The notes: generated from the sequence alone by a model not told the origin. A stretch of 64,000 nucleotides of DNA from Octopus vulgaris (GCA_951406725.2 OX597823.1:93124001-93188000), one strand, 5' to 3'; counted from the stretch's first letter, positions 1-11,993 are shown. Numbers and translations are program-made.

Positions 1-1285
1 AGAGTTGTGGTAGGCTATGTAGGTAGGCACTGAAGTCCACCCTACGTTCTTGCCCTCCACTCGTTCCGAACAGTCGGGCAAAATGCTGCTGAAAGGCCTC
101 ACACATTTTACTTGGCTCGAGCAATTCGCGCCCCTGTTCATCTACCAGGGACCGAATGGTGGCTTTGTTGCCCTGTTGCGCCTCTACCACCCGGGCCTCT
201 CTCGCGGCTCCAACACCTTCGTTCCTTAGAGCACGCATCCTAGCTCTGACAGCACATCCTTCGTGTTTGGCGTTGAAGTGTTGGTCGAGGGCCAACCTCG
301 CCGCCATAACGTCGGATGCGATGCCGCTTCTAATTGCCTCTTCTAGCTTCTTAACTAGCTCACCCTCTACTCTATTTCTATCTATGGCTAGTGCTTTGCT
401 GTACCTAATCGCTTCTGCTTTTACTGCTCTCTTGAGAGCAAACCACCATTTGTTGTTGATGATGGCTCCCGTCAAAGCCCTCTTTACTAGTGTGCTAATC
501 CGGTCTCTGAAAACCTGTCTCGATGGGAAAGACGCGTTTAGTTTCCAGTATCCGGGACCCTGCCTAAGTGTCTTACCTAAGTCTAGCGTACATGTCACAA
601 GTTTGTGATCCGTGTAGCTGACTATGTGGAATTGTGGACATCCTATGCTATCTCTGTCTACTGTCCTACACAGTATCCTATCTAGATACGATCTCGACGA
701 CCCGATGCGGTTGCTCCATGTCCACGTTGGCGCATTCGAGTGGTCTAGTCGGAACCTGTCAGACAGTTGAAAGCGTCTGAGCAGGTCTCTGAGGCATTTG
801 CATCCCCGTCTATTCCTATATCTACCCACGTAGTCTACATGCGTGTCCAAGGTAGCATTCCAATCCCCCATTAAGCGTAAAGGACGAGACGTTCCCAAGA
901 ATACTTCTAGACGTTGAAAGAAATCCACCCGACCTGTTAAGGGCGGTGCGTAGACTGATACGAGTCGAAAAGCGCACCCATTGCTGCCGTCGACATCCAG
1001 GACGACCAGTCTACCCTCCGGGTCTACGAATATTGTCCTTACTTTGAGATCCAGACTCTTGTGAAAAAGTACCGCGGTGCCACTACCGCCCATTCTCGGC
1101 AGACAGGGGGAAAAATAAATGTTGAACTGTCCGCCAAACATGGTCTTTAGGGCCCGCGGATTGTGGAGTCTGGTCTCACTTATGGCTATGATTTCTAACT
1201 TATGTGACTTTATGTCATTTAAGAGGTACCCTTGTTTCCAAGGGGACCCCAAGCCACGCGCATTTACACAACCAATCTTGATCAT
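1..1285 (-). CDS. LINE ORF2, N-terminal apurinic-like endonuclease domain (partial, continues beyond window)
   Basis: Manual translation from ATG at 1285: MIKIGCVNARGLG...AISETRL...GRLVVLD...VYAP...MGDWNA...SYLDRIL...TDHKLV...GPGYWKLN. These are EEP/L1 endonuclease motifs. Not in the ORF track because no stop is reached. Confidence 0.88.
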   Translation of the reverse strand, partial: MIKIGCVNARGLGSPWKQGYLLNDIKSHKLEIIAISETRLHNPRALKTMFGGQFNIYFSPCLPRMGGSGTAVLFHKSLDLKVRTIFVDPEGRLVVLDVDGSNGCAFRLVSVYAPPLTGRVDFFQRLEVFLGTSRPLRLMGDWNATLDTHVDYVGRYRNRRGCKCLRDLLRRFQLSDRFRLDHSNAPTWTWSNRIGSSRSYLDRILCRTVDRDSIGCPQFHIVSYTDHKLVTCTLDLGKTLRQGPGYWKLNASFPSRQVFRDRISTLVKRALTGAIINNKWWFALKRAVKAEAIRYSKALAIDRNRVEGELVKKLEEAIRSGIASDVMAARLALDQHFNAKHEGCAVRARMRALRNEGVGAAREARVVEAQQGNKATIRSLVDEQGRELLEPSKMCEAFQQHFARLFGTSGGQERRVDFSAYLHSLPQL

Positions 1286-1418
1286 AGTCCTAATGAATTA
1301 GAATACAAGTGAAAGGAACAGAGGGTTACTTACTGCTCGAAAGTTTTTGCTTTCTCCTCCTTTGGTTTGTCCTCGAGGAGATCCCAGTACAGTTTCTTTG
1401 TGAGATATTTTTTGGCAT

Positions 1419-2360
1419 TTACCAACCGCGCTGGGGAAAATGCTTTTGAGTGTGTGGTGCAGACTTTTGGAGATGTGTAATATTTTGATGTGGTCTGGTG
1501 GTGTTGTGTATGGGTGATTGTTTGTTTTTATGTCCTCTGTTATGTTTGTTTTTGATTGGATATATTCCATCAAATTTGTGTTTTTGGTGTCTATAGCTGT
1601 GAGCATGTTTGCTGTATATATTTTTGTGGTGTTGGTGTGGCTGTTGTTTTGCGTTGGGTTTTGAAATGTCTTCGTGAGATGTATTTCCCCCTGCTTTGTT
1701 CGTGTTTGCATTTGGTTTGGTTGTGTTTCTGCTCTTTATTTTCCTTCTTTTTGTAGCTATTTGCCATTCCTCACTGGTTTCGTCTTCCGACGAAATTTCT
1801 GAGGAATCAGTAGGGGGTAGGGGTATGTTGTGGGCTTCTATGTATGTCTGTGTAAGTGGTTGTGTTGTTGTTTTCGTTGTTGTTGGTTGTTGAGTGTTTG
1901 TGTGTGTTGAGTGCGGTATAAGGGATGGGGGATCAGTTTGTGTGAGTTTTCTTTGTTTTTCTGTTCCTTTGGGTTTTGCTGTTGTTGGTGGTGTTGGTAT
2001 TTTTTCAGGTGTTGAGTGGTTTTTGGTTGATGACGGATTAGCTTGGTGTGCTTCTCTTGTCGTCTTCTGTGTTGATGGTGGTGTGGGTAGTAGAGCTTTT
2101 TTTCCGGAGTGCTTTGGTTGTGGTAGAGGTTGTTGTTGTTGTTCTTGGTGTGCAGTGGTTGGGCACGTCTTTTTCAAGTGTGTTTCGCTTCCACACAAAT
2201 AGCAGCGTGGTCGCCTGCCCTCTACCACTATATAGAGTTTGTAGCCTCCTGGCAGTTCTATAGCGGTGGGTATCTTCTCTCTTGCTGCTTCATCCAATTG
2301 AAGCAGGAATTTGATTGATTTGCCCACATAGTCTTTCTCTCCTAGAACCGCGATTTCCAG
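1419..2360 (-). CDS. LINE ORF1 (gag-like), CCHC zinc knuckle, N-terminally truncated
   Basis: ORF 1419..2327 contains CYLCGSETHLKKTC followed by a P/T/K-rich region. The frame stays open upstream (LEIAVLGEKDYVGKS) to the microsatellite. Confidence 0.8.
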   Translation of the reverse strand: MEIAVLGEKDYVGKSIKFLLQLDEAAREKIPTAIELPGGYKLYIVVEGRRPRCYLCGSETHLKKTCPTTAHQEQQQQPLPQPKHSGKKALLPTPPSTQKTTREAHQANPSSTKNHSTPEKIPTPPTTAKPKGTEKQRKLTQTDPPSLIPHSTHTNTQQPTTTKTTTQPLTQTYIEAHNIPLPPTDSSEISSEDETSEEWQIATKRRKIKSRNTTKPNANTNKAGGNTSHEDISKPNAKQQPHQHHKNIYSKHAHSYRHQKHKFDGIYPIKNKHNRGHKNKQSPIHNTTRPHQNITHLQKSAPHTQKHFPQRGW

Positions 2361-2430
2361 ATAGATAGATAGATAGATAGGTAGGTAGGTAGGTAGGTAG
2401 GTAGGTAGGTACGTAGGTACGTAGGTAGAT

Positions 2431-2516
<86 letters not shown>

Positions 2517-2565
2517 CAGATAGAATCACAGACAGTCCGACAGAGAGATAGAGACACAGATAGAT
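2359..2565. repeat. (GATA)n/(GGTA)n compound microsatellite, tail of a Tx1-type 3' stub
   Basis: Read directly from the sequence. Confidence 0.9.
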
Positions 2566-2680
2566 ATATTTCTTTCTTGGCCACACAGGGTTGAACACAG
2601 AGGGGGAAAAATTCAAAGTAGAGCTTTTCCTTTTGAGAAGAGAAGTAAAAGAAAGAAAAAAGAAAGCGGGTAGAAATTCG
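2566..2680 (-). mobile_element. Short 3'-end stub of a Tx1-related LINE
   Basis: tttctttcttggccacacaggg...gtagagcttttc resembles the 3' end of copy B at 23489-23555 and is likewise followed by (CTAT)n. Confidence 0.7.
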
Positions 2681-3290
2681 ACCAGAAAGCTCATAGCACA
2701 GAATTCCTTTCTAATCCCACCAGACGCAAAGCAAGATTTTTTAGGGTGAAAACCCGCTTTTGGGGTGACTAAGTGTGGCTCATGTCGCTTACTCCAGGAT
2801 CGCTTTCTGTGAACATTTCGGTAGATAATCCATTCCTCATCACCAGTCGCAATTTGCTTTAATAAAAGGCACGTTTTCATTCCGTTTATGCAGCGAATCA
2901 CAGATGCAAATGCGATCCAAAAGGTTCTTCTCACTCAACTCATGTGGTACCCAAACATCGTAGCGATTTGTGTACCCAAGCTTTACCAGGTGCTCATGAA
3001 CGATAGATTTTGATAGGTTGAGGCTTTCTGCCAATTCTCGGGTTGTGCAATGTGGGTTATTCTCGATTAATGACTTGATGTAGTCATCATCTGTAGTGGA
3101 TGGCCTGTCTGATCGCTCTTTATCAATAAAGCTTCAATCTCCAGCTCGGTACCGTGCGAACCACTTCCGTTCAGTTCTTTCACATAAAGAAATATCACCG
3201 TAAACTGCTCATATTTCTTTGGTTTCTTGCGAGGCATTTTCCCTTCACGGAAAAAGAAAATGGCGCCTGTGAACCTCATCTCATTGGCGA
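2681..3290 (-). pseudogene. Mariner transposase fragment (frameshifted)
   Basis: WVPHELSEKNLLDR motif (ORF 2840..3034), IATGDEEWIIY (first catalytic Asp region) and an N-terminal HTH-like frame in ORF 3067..3279. Confidence 0.88.
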
Positions 3291-3799
3291 GTGCACCTCA
3301 TCTCATTATCTGTCACTCTGACCCCCCACCCATTGTGGCCAAGTTAGTTGATAGTTTCATAAAAATTTCTGCCACATAAGGTCTGGCTATGATTTGTTCC
3401 TGCACTCTATGATGTCACCGAAATGAGGGAGTGAAAAAACAAGTATTCGTTATGAACAAAATATTAAATGTTAAAGTGTGGATTTATATTTTTATTCAGC
3501 TGAAGGAAACGATGTTTTATGGTGTAATTCATTTGTTCATCGTGAAAATACGCGTCTGAAACAGCTGTAGTGGAACGCAACATATCTGTATATTTGTTTA
3601 TTCTACATTATACATAGAACCCTTCCTCCGTTGTGTCCAGAGCTAAACGTGGACCGTAAAATCGCATACAGGAGAACGTGCGTATGGAATTTTAAAGATG
3701 GATGTGTATTTATATCGATGTGTATATTGATGTGCGAGGGTATGTAAATGGTAGGAAAAGTGGGTATATACATTAATATACGTAAGTGTTTCTATATAG

Positions 3800-4217
3800 C
3801 TATTTCTTTACTACCCACAAGGGGCTAAACACAGAGGGGACAAACAAGGAAAGACACACGGATTAAGTTGATTACATCGACCCCAGTGCGTAACTGGTAC
3901 TTAATTCATCGACCCCGAAAGGATGAAAGGCAAAGTCGACCTCGGCGGAATTTGAACTCAGAACGTAACGGCAGACAAAATATCTATTTCTTTACTACCC
4001 ACAAAGGGCTAAACACAGAGAGGACAAACAAGGACAGACAAATGGATTAAGCCGATTACATCGAACCCAGTACGTAACTGGTACTTAATTTATCGACCCC
4101 GAAAGGATAAAAGGAAAGGTCGATCTCGACGGGATTTGAACTCAGAACGTAACGGCAGACGAAATACCGCAAAGCATTTCTCCCGGCATGCTAACATTTC
4201 TGCCAGCTCGCCGCCTT
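3800..4217 (-). mobile_element. tRNA-type SINE with Meta-like central domain, partial tandem dimer
   Basis: Reverse complement gives head ggcggcgagctggcagaa, B-box gagttcaaa and gcctttcatcctttcggggtcgat...agtaccag. The body is duplicated. Same family as 16540-16955 and 40600-40780. Confidence 0.85.
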
Positions 4218-4419
4218 GAGTGTTTCTATATACCGATATGCTATTTTCGACAGTGAATTGGTGTCATTAAAATGCCTCGATTTAATTGTATCCTGCAAAT
4301 AATCAATTAATTATGCATACGCACACATACACACACAGACACATATATATATATTTCATCAATCGTACATGCACCAGGTGTAAAAGCACCTGAAAGTCTC
4401 TCCCTCTCTCTTAATATAT

Positions 4420-6050
4420 ATATATTAATATATAAAATCCGTTCTGTCTGTCTGTTTGTGCGCTTATAACTCGAGTATTCTTCATCCGATCGCACTGAAA
4501 TTTTAAACGTGGATACATGAGAGAGTGAGGCCTTCTGTATTCTAAAAATATTTTCAAAATTGTTAGTTTCAAAGTGAGAATTGCTTTTTTTGTAATATTT
4601 ATGTCCTGTTTCTTCCGCCATTAAAACAACCAGTTGCTCAGACAGCCGGTACACACTATTTCGCTAGCAAGAAGAGGAGTACAGGATACCGTCTATATGC
4701 TGTGTCTCTTTTTTCCTCTCACTGTGGGGTTAATAATCTTAATCTTTAGTTACAGTTTCTCATTCAAACTACATAATATGCAGAATTGTCGGATAAAGAC
4801 AGTACGGTGTTTTGAGGGAGATTTGGCTGCTATTTCTACCAGGTCTAACGTTTGTATTGTTATGTGAGATACTGTCCTATATGTTATATATTCCTTGTTC
4901 CTTCCAAAACCGAGTTACAGATTTTGAAGTGTGGGGTATCAAAAGATTCAGTACTACTTTCAGTATTAATTTTCATTCACTTATATGTATTCCAAAAATT
5001 TAGCATAATCTTTTCCATAAATCATGTTGCGGAAAAAATTTATACGATGACGTCACCTTTTCTATGTGTGTGTACCTTAAAAGACATGAATCATCACGAC
5101 ATACTCCTTCACTCACTCACTCTGTCTCTCTTTCTCACCCTCTTACTCTCTCACATACACATGCACAAGCATGCATGCACGCAATCACACACACACACAC
5201 GTCCATTTCATATAGACGTACATACATCTTTCACTTTCTTTCTCTTTTCTGTTTGCTTTCTCTTCTTTCAATTTCAGCTCTCTTCAAATAATTTTTTTCG
5301 GATACAACTGCTTAAAAAAGTAGGGATTAATGTATAATTTCTTTCTATGTTCATAATTCTTTCGTTTACAATATTGGAAAAAATATGCCAACAAAGAAAA
5401 GACAAACTCCCCAGACAGAAGTATAAAGCAAGGAGGATTGTAGAAAACTGAAAGTGTGTCTCTGAAGAGAGAAGCTAGATGAGATTTTCTCCACATCAGC
5501 AAATGCATGTTGCAGCACTTAATGCTGGATCATTAAATCAATGTTTTAATGATTAGACATAGGTCCAATAGAATAGCTCTCAGAAACAGACTATGTCCAA
5601 ATCCGTTCCCACAACTTCTGGGGCTGTTTTCAGATATGATGCAACCCATTCTTATAAAAATAATAGCTCTGTCTAAATTGGTGTGCTGAGCACAAATTGT
5701 CTTTTCTGTAGAGCTTTCAAATTTTCAAATGAAACAAATGCTATGTGCTGCTCAGTCAGTCAGTTAATATTGCCAGCACTATCAGCTCCTTTTCAACCTC
5801 TTATGAATCTTCTAGAAATCATGTCCATCCAGTCAAAGGATTTTCTGAACAATATCAAACAATATAACTCTGCAAATGACATCCTTTGGTGCATCTAAGA
5901 AGATAGATAAACATGAATTTACGACGATGTCAAAGTTCAAGGCCACATCTATCACCTCATTGGTTCCCTGTTACCTGCAAATGAACAACCACAGTTCCTC
6001 CAAATTTGCTTTATGAGAAATGTAGGACAATAAACCCGAAGGACGTGTCA
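4420..6050 (+). mobile_element. Helitron-derived element with decayed RepHel N-terminus
   Basis: The 5' end tataaaatccgttctgtctgtctg is shared with 53395-53645 and 54370-54630. The 5600-6020 region translates to CLFCRAFKF..ETNAMCC...FLNNIKQYNS..MTSFG...KVQGHIYHLIGSLLP...PQFLQI, typical of Helitron RepHel. Confidence 0.8.
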
Positions 6051-6334
6051 ATATTTCAGATAATGGGTCGTGTTAGACACAGCGACGAATGTTGCAAAAG
6101 ATATTATATCCACTGACAGCCTCTCGGTGCGTTACAAAATCACATAACCCCCACAGGTCAAAAATACTCCAAACTGATACATAGCATGTTGCTTAGTCGA
6201 ATTAGTAGCCCATCATTTACTCCAGAAATGTTTTCTTGTCAATGCAGCACTTTCCCATATCACCATATCACCTGTTTCAACCTAACTGTAATATATTGTA
6301 TACAAACTATGTCATTTTAATCTCTCAGCTAGTA

Positions 6335-6728
6335 TATGGCTGTGTGGTAAGTAGTTTGGTAACCAACCACATGGTTACGGGTTCAGACCCACTACGTAGC
6401 AGCTTGGGCAAGCGTCTTCTACTGTCACCGCGGGCCGACCAAAGCCTTGTGAGTGGATTTAGTGTATGTATGTGTGTGTGTGTGCGTGTGTGTGTGTAAG
6501 TGTGTCGGTGTGTGTATGTTTGAGTCTGTGTATGTATCTGTGTTTGTCCTCCCAACATTGCTCGACAACCGATGCCGGTGTGTTTACCTCCCTGTAACTT
6601 AGTAGTGGGGTAAAAGACACCAATACAATAAGTACTAGTTTTACAAAGAACAAGTCCTAGGTTCGATTTGCTCGACTGAAGATCACTTCTAGCATGGCCG
6701 CAGTGAAGTGACTGAAACAAATAAAAGA
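6335..6728 (+). mobile_element. tRNA-derived SINE with CORE-like segment and internal (TG)n
   Basis: Contains tggctgtgtggtaag (A box), ggttcag (B box), cttgggcaag and the tail agcatggccgcagt..gactgaaacaa. Multiple copies in the window. Confidence 0.85.
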
Positions 6729-6806
6729 ATATATATATATATATATATATATATACGTAAGTATGTATGCATATTTCTGTGTATTATATATTTACACACA
6801 CACACA

Positions 6807-6887
<81 letters not shown>

Positions 6888-7517
6888 TGAGATAGATAGA
6901 TAGATATTTATAACTTTTTTACTGAGTCGCAAAAGTCTTGTTTTATCATTAATGATATAAAAAAAATTGATACAGTCTTTTAAAACCGTTAAGTTACATA
7001 GCTTTATAATAAATGCATTGAAGTATACAATGTTTTCAACATTATCTCATTCAGCCTTTATGATACAAGGTCAATTTTATTTTCTCGAATCAAAGCAGAA
7101 CCAGTAATATATTGGGGTCATTCAAACGATTCTATAGACCCAAAGTTAAAAGAAAAAAAAAACCTAATCGTATCTCCAAATAAATTCTTTTTGAAAATAC
7201 AAAACAGTTAAGTGAACTACAAAGTCTGTGTGTTTAATGGCTTATTCGCTGTCGTGATATAATTCAATGGCCAATGTGATTTAGATATATTATAATACTA
7301 TTTGCGTCGATAATATAATTTTGTAATCAAAGTGATAAATATAAAATTTATATGGCTTCCGTTAGGTTTACTAATATGATTATGTAGAATACTGATGTTT
7401 TGCACACAAAGCAAAAAACAGATAAAATAGCAACAGTATATAGACTTGTATAGAGTTTAAAATTAACATCAAACGGTCTTAAAAGAGAAACAGGTAAATG
7501 CATTATTGTTATCATCG

Positions 7518-7565
<48 letters not shown>

Positions 7566-7624
7566 CCATCACCATCACCATCATCATCATCATCACCATC
7601 ATCTTCATCATCATTATTATCATT

Positions 7625-8760
7625 ATTTATTGTCTGTGCACAGTTTCTAACGAAGATGTACTACGGTGCCAGCTATGCGCTACCTGTGAACAAAGGTAAC
7701 ACCCATTATTTTTTTAGCACTATCAGGAGCATTCGAGCGGTTCCAAGCAGTACTGTTTTCTGCGAGTGCTCCACTCTTATTGCAGCCCCTATTTGTTCTA
7801 TGTACTCCTCGAGATTTTTACTCACTGTTCCCAGGGCTCCAACAATTATTGGTTCTACTGCCATCATTTTCAGCGACCACAACTGCTTTACCTTCCAATC
7901 TAACCTATCATATCTATCGACTTTTCTTTCTTCCTTATCGTATACCTTGCTATATCTATGATCCTGCATATCTTGTTTTCTTTTCTCAACCCTATGTCTC
8001 GTTTCCTATTCTCTATCTCATGGTCTCATAAAATCCGATAGGATCTTTGCAATATCATTTTCTTCACCTGAAACTTTTCTGTCATTTCTTTCTCCATCAA
8101 TTTATCCACTTCTAATACCCACAAGTACTTATAGCCCGTCTCTTCTATCTGCTTCATAAACCCCCCATCCCCCCGACAGTATCATTAGCCCGTCTATACA
8201 TTTAATTTCGCCTCTCTTCAAGACTAAAACATCATACTTTCTTTGTCCGAACTTCATTCTGATATGAGCGCTGAAGGTATACACCATATCAACGAGTGAA
8301 CTGACTTGAGTTTCATCTTTACCATAAATCTGGAGGTTATCCATGAATAACAAGCGGTTGGCATTTTGTTGACGGGTCTTGAATGTATACCCAAGATTTG
8401 TTTTCCCCAGAATCGGGTACAAGGATCAGTGGGGACAGGCACTCCCCTTGGTTGATGCCTCTCCTGATTTCTATTGTCCCTAAACGTCTTCCATAGGCTA
8501 TTAGTTCCGCCCTCCACATCATCATACTTTTTCCAAGCGATCGCTCAACATACGATGCAATACCAAAGAGGTTCATACATTCTATAACCTAATTTCCCTC
8601 CTCTTGCAGTCTCTAAGTACAGTTTTTTTTCTAACAGGCGTTGATCCTTGGTACATCTGCATTTACGCTTGCAACTCTTTTGCTCATGTGGCAGGACTCC
8701 GTTCTTTCCGGATCTCCGCACATTGACCCTGCGACTATTCCAGTCAATAATTTCCACATG
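7625..8760 (-). mobile_element. Decayed RLE-type (R4/Dong-like) LINE fragment
   Basis: RRGINQGECLSPL (RT), LLFMDNLQIYG (degenerate YMDD) and C-terminal PIIVGALG...QKTVLLGTA. Confidence 0.8.
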
Positions 8761-8762
8761 TT

Positions 8763-8848
<86 letters not shown>

Positions 8849-8852
<4 letters not shown>

Positions 8853-10379
8853 TAGTTTTATTTTTATTTTTATAGCGTGCTTTCACTTCACTACCGAGCG
8901 CAGCTCTGTGTGCCTTGGGTATGTGCTGTGATTTGTTGTGATGCTCTGATGGTTATTGTATGGAAAGTGTTCTGCGTAGGATGTGGGCAGTGCCTAGTAG
9001 TGCAATTTTCTGTATGTTATATGTGTTTGTAAGTCCTGGTGTTTTTGTTATGTATTTGTCTGAATATTTTTTTATCATGCCTAATGCACCTACTATGATA
9101 GGAATTGTTTCTGTTTTCAGATTCCACATTCTAGTTACCTCTATTTCCAGGTCTTTGTATTTTGAGAGTTTCTCCATTTCTTTTAGAGACACGTTGTCAT
9201 CTGCCGGTATTGATACATCAATTAAAAAGCATTTTTTTCTTCATGATCTCTGACAACTATATCTGGTCTGTTGGCCTTAATTTCACTATCTGTGTGTATC
9301 GGCATATCCCAGAGTATGGTTGCTTTCTCGTTTTCTGTGACCTTTTCTGGTGTGTGCCTATACCATCTTTTTTCTGTTGTTATTCCATAATGTTGGCATA
9401 GCTTCCAATGTATGTAGGTTCCAACTCTGTCATGTCTGTGAATATATTCCTTCTTAGCCAGGACTGGGCAGCTAGAGATAATATGATTTATTGTTTCTTG
9501 TCCATCTCCACATATTCTGCAGTTACTTGTAATATTTCTTTTCATTACATGTTTTTGGTAATTTCTGGTGGGGAGGCTTTGGTCTTGTGCTGCAATTAAA
9601 AATCCCTCTGTTTCTGCTTTGAGTCCTGAGCTTCTCAACCATTGCTGGGATTTTTCTTTGTCTATTTCTTTTGCGTTTAGTTTAGTGCAGTATTTACCAT
9701 GAAGGGGCTTTTCTTGCCATCGTTTTATCATGGTTCGTTGCTGTTCTGTTTTTAGTTTGGATTTCATTTGTTTTATAGCTTTTGTTGTTTCTTCATCTTC
9801 TTCTTCTTCTTCTTCATGTTTATTAGGTGGTATGATTTCTTGTTTGTATTTGTCAGCTTCCTTAAATACTGAGAACAGTTTTTTGTTTTGCTCGTGTTTT
9901 GCCGCTATCTGGATCAGTTTTCCTTCCTTCTGAAGTAGATATTTTTGCAGTCCTATGGTGGTTATTTTATAGTAGTTTTCCAGCTGTATAAGGTCTCTAC
10001 CACCTTCTATACGTTGTATATATAGTCTTTCTATGTCAGATTTTGGGTGATGCATCCTAGATCCTGTCATTATTTTTCTTGTTTTCCTATCTATTTTGGT
10101 CAGTTCATTTCGTGTCCAGTTAAGGATATTGTAGCTGTAACTTATAACTGGGACAGCTAAAGTGTTGATACCTATTATCTTGTTTTTAGCATTGAGCTCT
10201 GTGTTTAGTATTGATCTAACTCGTCTATAATATTCTTTTTTTATTTTCTCTTTCATTTGTGTGTGTTGTGTCTTATCTAGTTCATGGATTCCTAAGTATT
10301 TGTAAGTTTGGCTTTGGTCTAATTCTTTTATTTCATTGGTTTTATCTAGTGTGATGTTGTTACTCTTAACTAGTTTTCC

Positions 10380-10380
<1 letters not shown>
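8849..10380 (-). mobile_element. R4/Dong-like non-LTR retrotransposon, 5'-truncated, flanked on both sides by (TTA)n
   Basis: ORFs 9222..10256 and 8953..9192 contain CRICGDGQETINHIISSC (CCHC), RHDRV, RPDIVV, KLSKYKDL and PIIVGALG, i.e. a zinc finger plus restriction-like endonuclease. Confidence 0.9.
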
Positions 10381-10434
<54 letters not shown>

Positions 10435-10435
<1 letters not shown>

Positions 10436-10858
10436 GAGTGAGAGAGCATTGCATGCCATCAAAGTGACACTGGTGTAAAATATACGAAGCCCAATATACC
10501 CATCATGACTACTCGTCTGATAAAGGTACACCAGGCACATGCATCACAACCATATGTGCACGACATGGTGATCTCATATCAAGATAAACACCACATGACC
10601 TTGCAGGTGGGGCCCACTTAGAATTTTCTTCAGGTTGAGTAGCCCATCTCGCTCAAAAGGTCCCTGAATAAGGGTTGTTTAAGGATGTTGAAAGAACCAC
10701 CCATGTTTCCAGAGGTGAATTATTCAAACCCCAAAGAATCCCTCTCAACACATGGCTATGATGCTCCCCCACTACTTCTGCTCGTGATCAGAGATGCATA
10801 TATCGTCAGCCACTAAGGGACATGCTCAACTGGTTATGGTCAAACAACTGACAAGCAA

Positions 10859-10860
<2 letters not shown>
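10435..10860. mobile_element. Non-coding interspersed repeat inserted in (TTA)n
   Basis: The first ~150 bp recur at 34515-34665, also directly after a (TTA)n tract. Confidence 0.65.
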
Positions 10861-10917
<57 letters not shown>

Positions 10918-11433
10918 GGCGCTGGCCTGATTATATCAATATTTATACTTGGCTACAAAAAAAGGCTGAGTCGCAGTTTTTTTTTTATTTTTGTGTGTGA
11001 CGGAGTCAGAAATGGTAACGTAAACAGCTGTAAATATATGTTGCGAGAATCTTTTGAAGATGCATTACTTTTCCGTCACTGTTAGTTATTAAATTCTTTA
11101 CTGATTGTATCGGTGTAAAGGTTTTTTTTTCCTTTTTCACTGTTTGTTTTTGTTTTTTTAGGTAGAAATTTGTCTCAAATACTACCAAAAGAAAATGATT
11201 TTGTGGTGTATCCCAAAACAACGATTTTTAATTATTTGAAGACCATCTGTTCCCGATACACTAAGTTAAACACAAAGGGTTTAATTTATTTGCTTACACA
11301 CTCGCATCATCAACATTACCTGATGAATTCTACCTCTGAAAAAAAAAAGACACACCAGCAGAAAACTAGACGCAAATGAATGCAAAATTGTATTGCCCCA
11401 CTGAATGAACAACAATTTTAAAAAATTGAGTTT

Positions 11434-11970
11434 ATACGCGGTCTGATCAAAACTAATTAGGACTGTTGCTTTGGTAACGGTACTAAAGTATGCAGAGTGA
11501 AGCCGCCTGACAAAAATTGACCTTGAACTCTCTCACGCATGCACGTTAAGATATAACGTTCCCGCTCAACCGTTGTTTGTAGCAGTGCTTGGACGTAAAG
11601 TGTGTACAGAAGATAGGATAACAGCGCAAGGTCTCCTTGATTGCGTCGGGGAAGTCAAGCACTGTTTTAAAAGGTTTGTAACAGGTAACGAATTGTGGGT
11701 CTATGGCGAAGAACCTGAAGACAAGGCAATAATCAAATTCCTCTTTAAAGAAAAAAGATATCAAATCGTCGAGGAAATCTATATGAATGCAACGGAGCAC
11801 CTGCTCGCTATCCCCAAAATGGTGTCCCAGGATTGCTTCCATCAATAGAAGCGACGCTATATCACGTGTCTTCCGAAGGGGACTGCTTGGAAAGGGATAA
11901 AATGCCGATTTGATGTGTTGTAGTTTTCTTTTTAGATCAACAGTTTCAATACCTGTTGATCAAACGTCGA
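11434..11970 (+). mobile_element. Internally deleted mariner element
   Basis: FVTGNELWVYG (TGDE.W motif) and C-terminal AIPKMVSQDCFHQ. Imperfect terminal inverted ends gtctgatcaa/ttgatcaaac. Confidence 0.7.
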
Positions 11971-11993
11971 ACGTTTAGACATTTTATTGAATA

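Larger units (their letters stand above)
1..2360 (-). mobile_element. Tx1/L1-clade non-LTR retrotransposon, copy A (5'-truncated in ORF1, runs off the left window edge)
   Basis: ORF1 with a zinc knuckle is followed by ORF2 with an APE endonuclease. Bases 1-120 match 26105-26222 of the RT-bearing copy B. The 5' junction abuts (GATA)n. Confidence 0.9.

Noticed and set aside
156-608. 150-aa plus-strand ORF, and similar ORFs at 24276-26072
   Set aside because: Antisense shadows of LINE ORF2.
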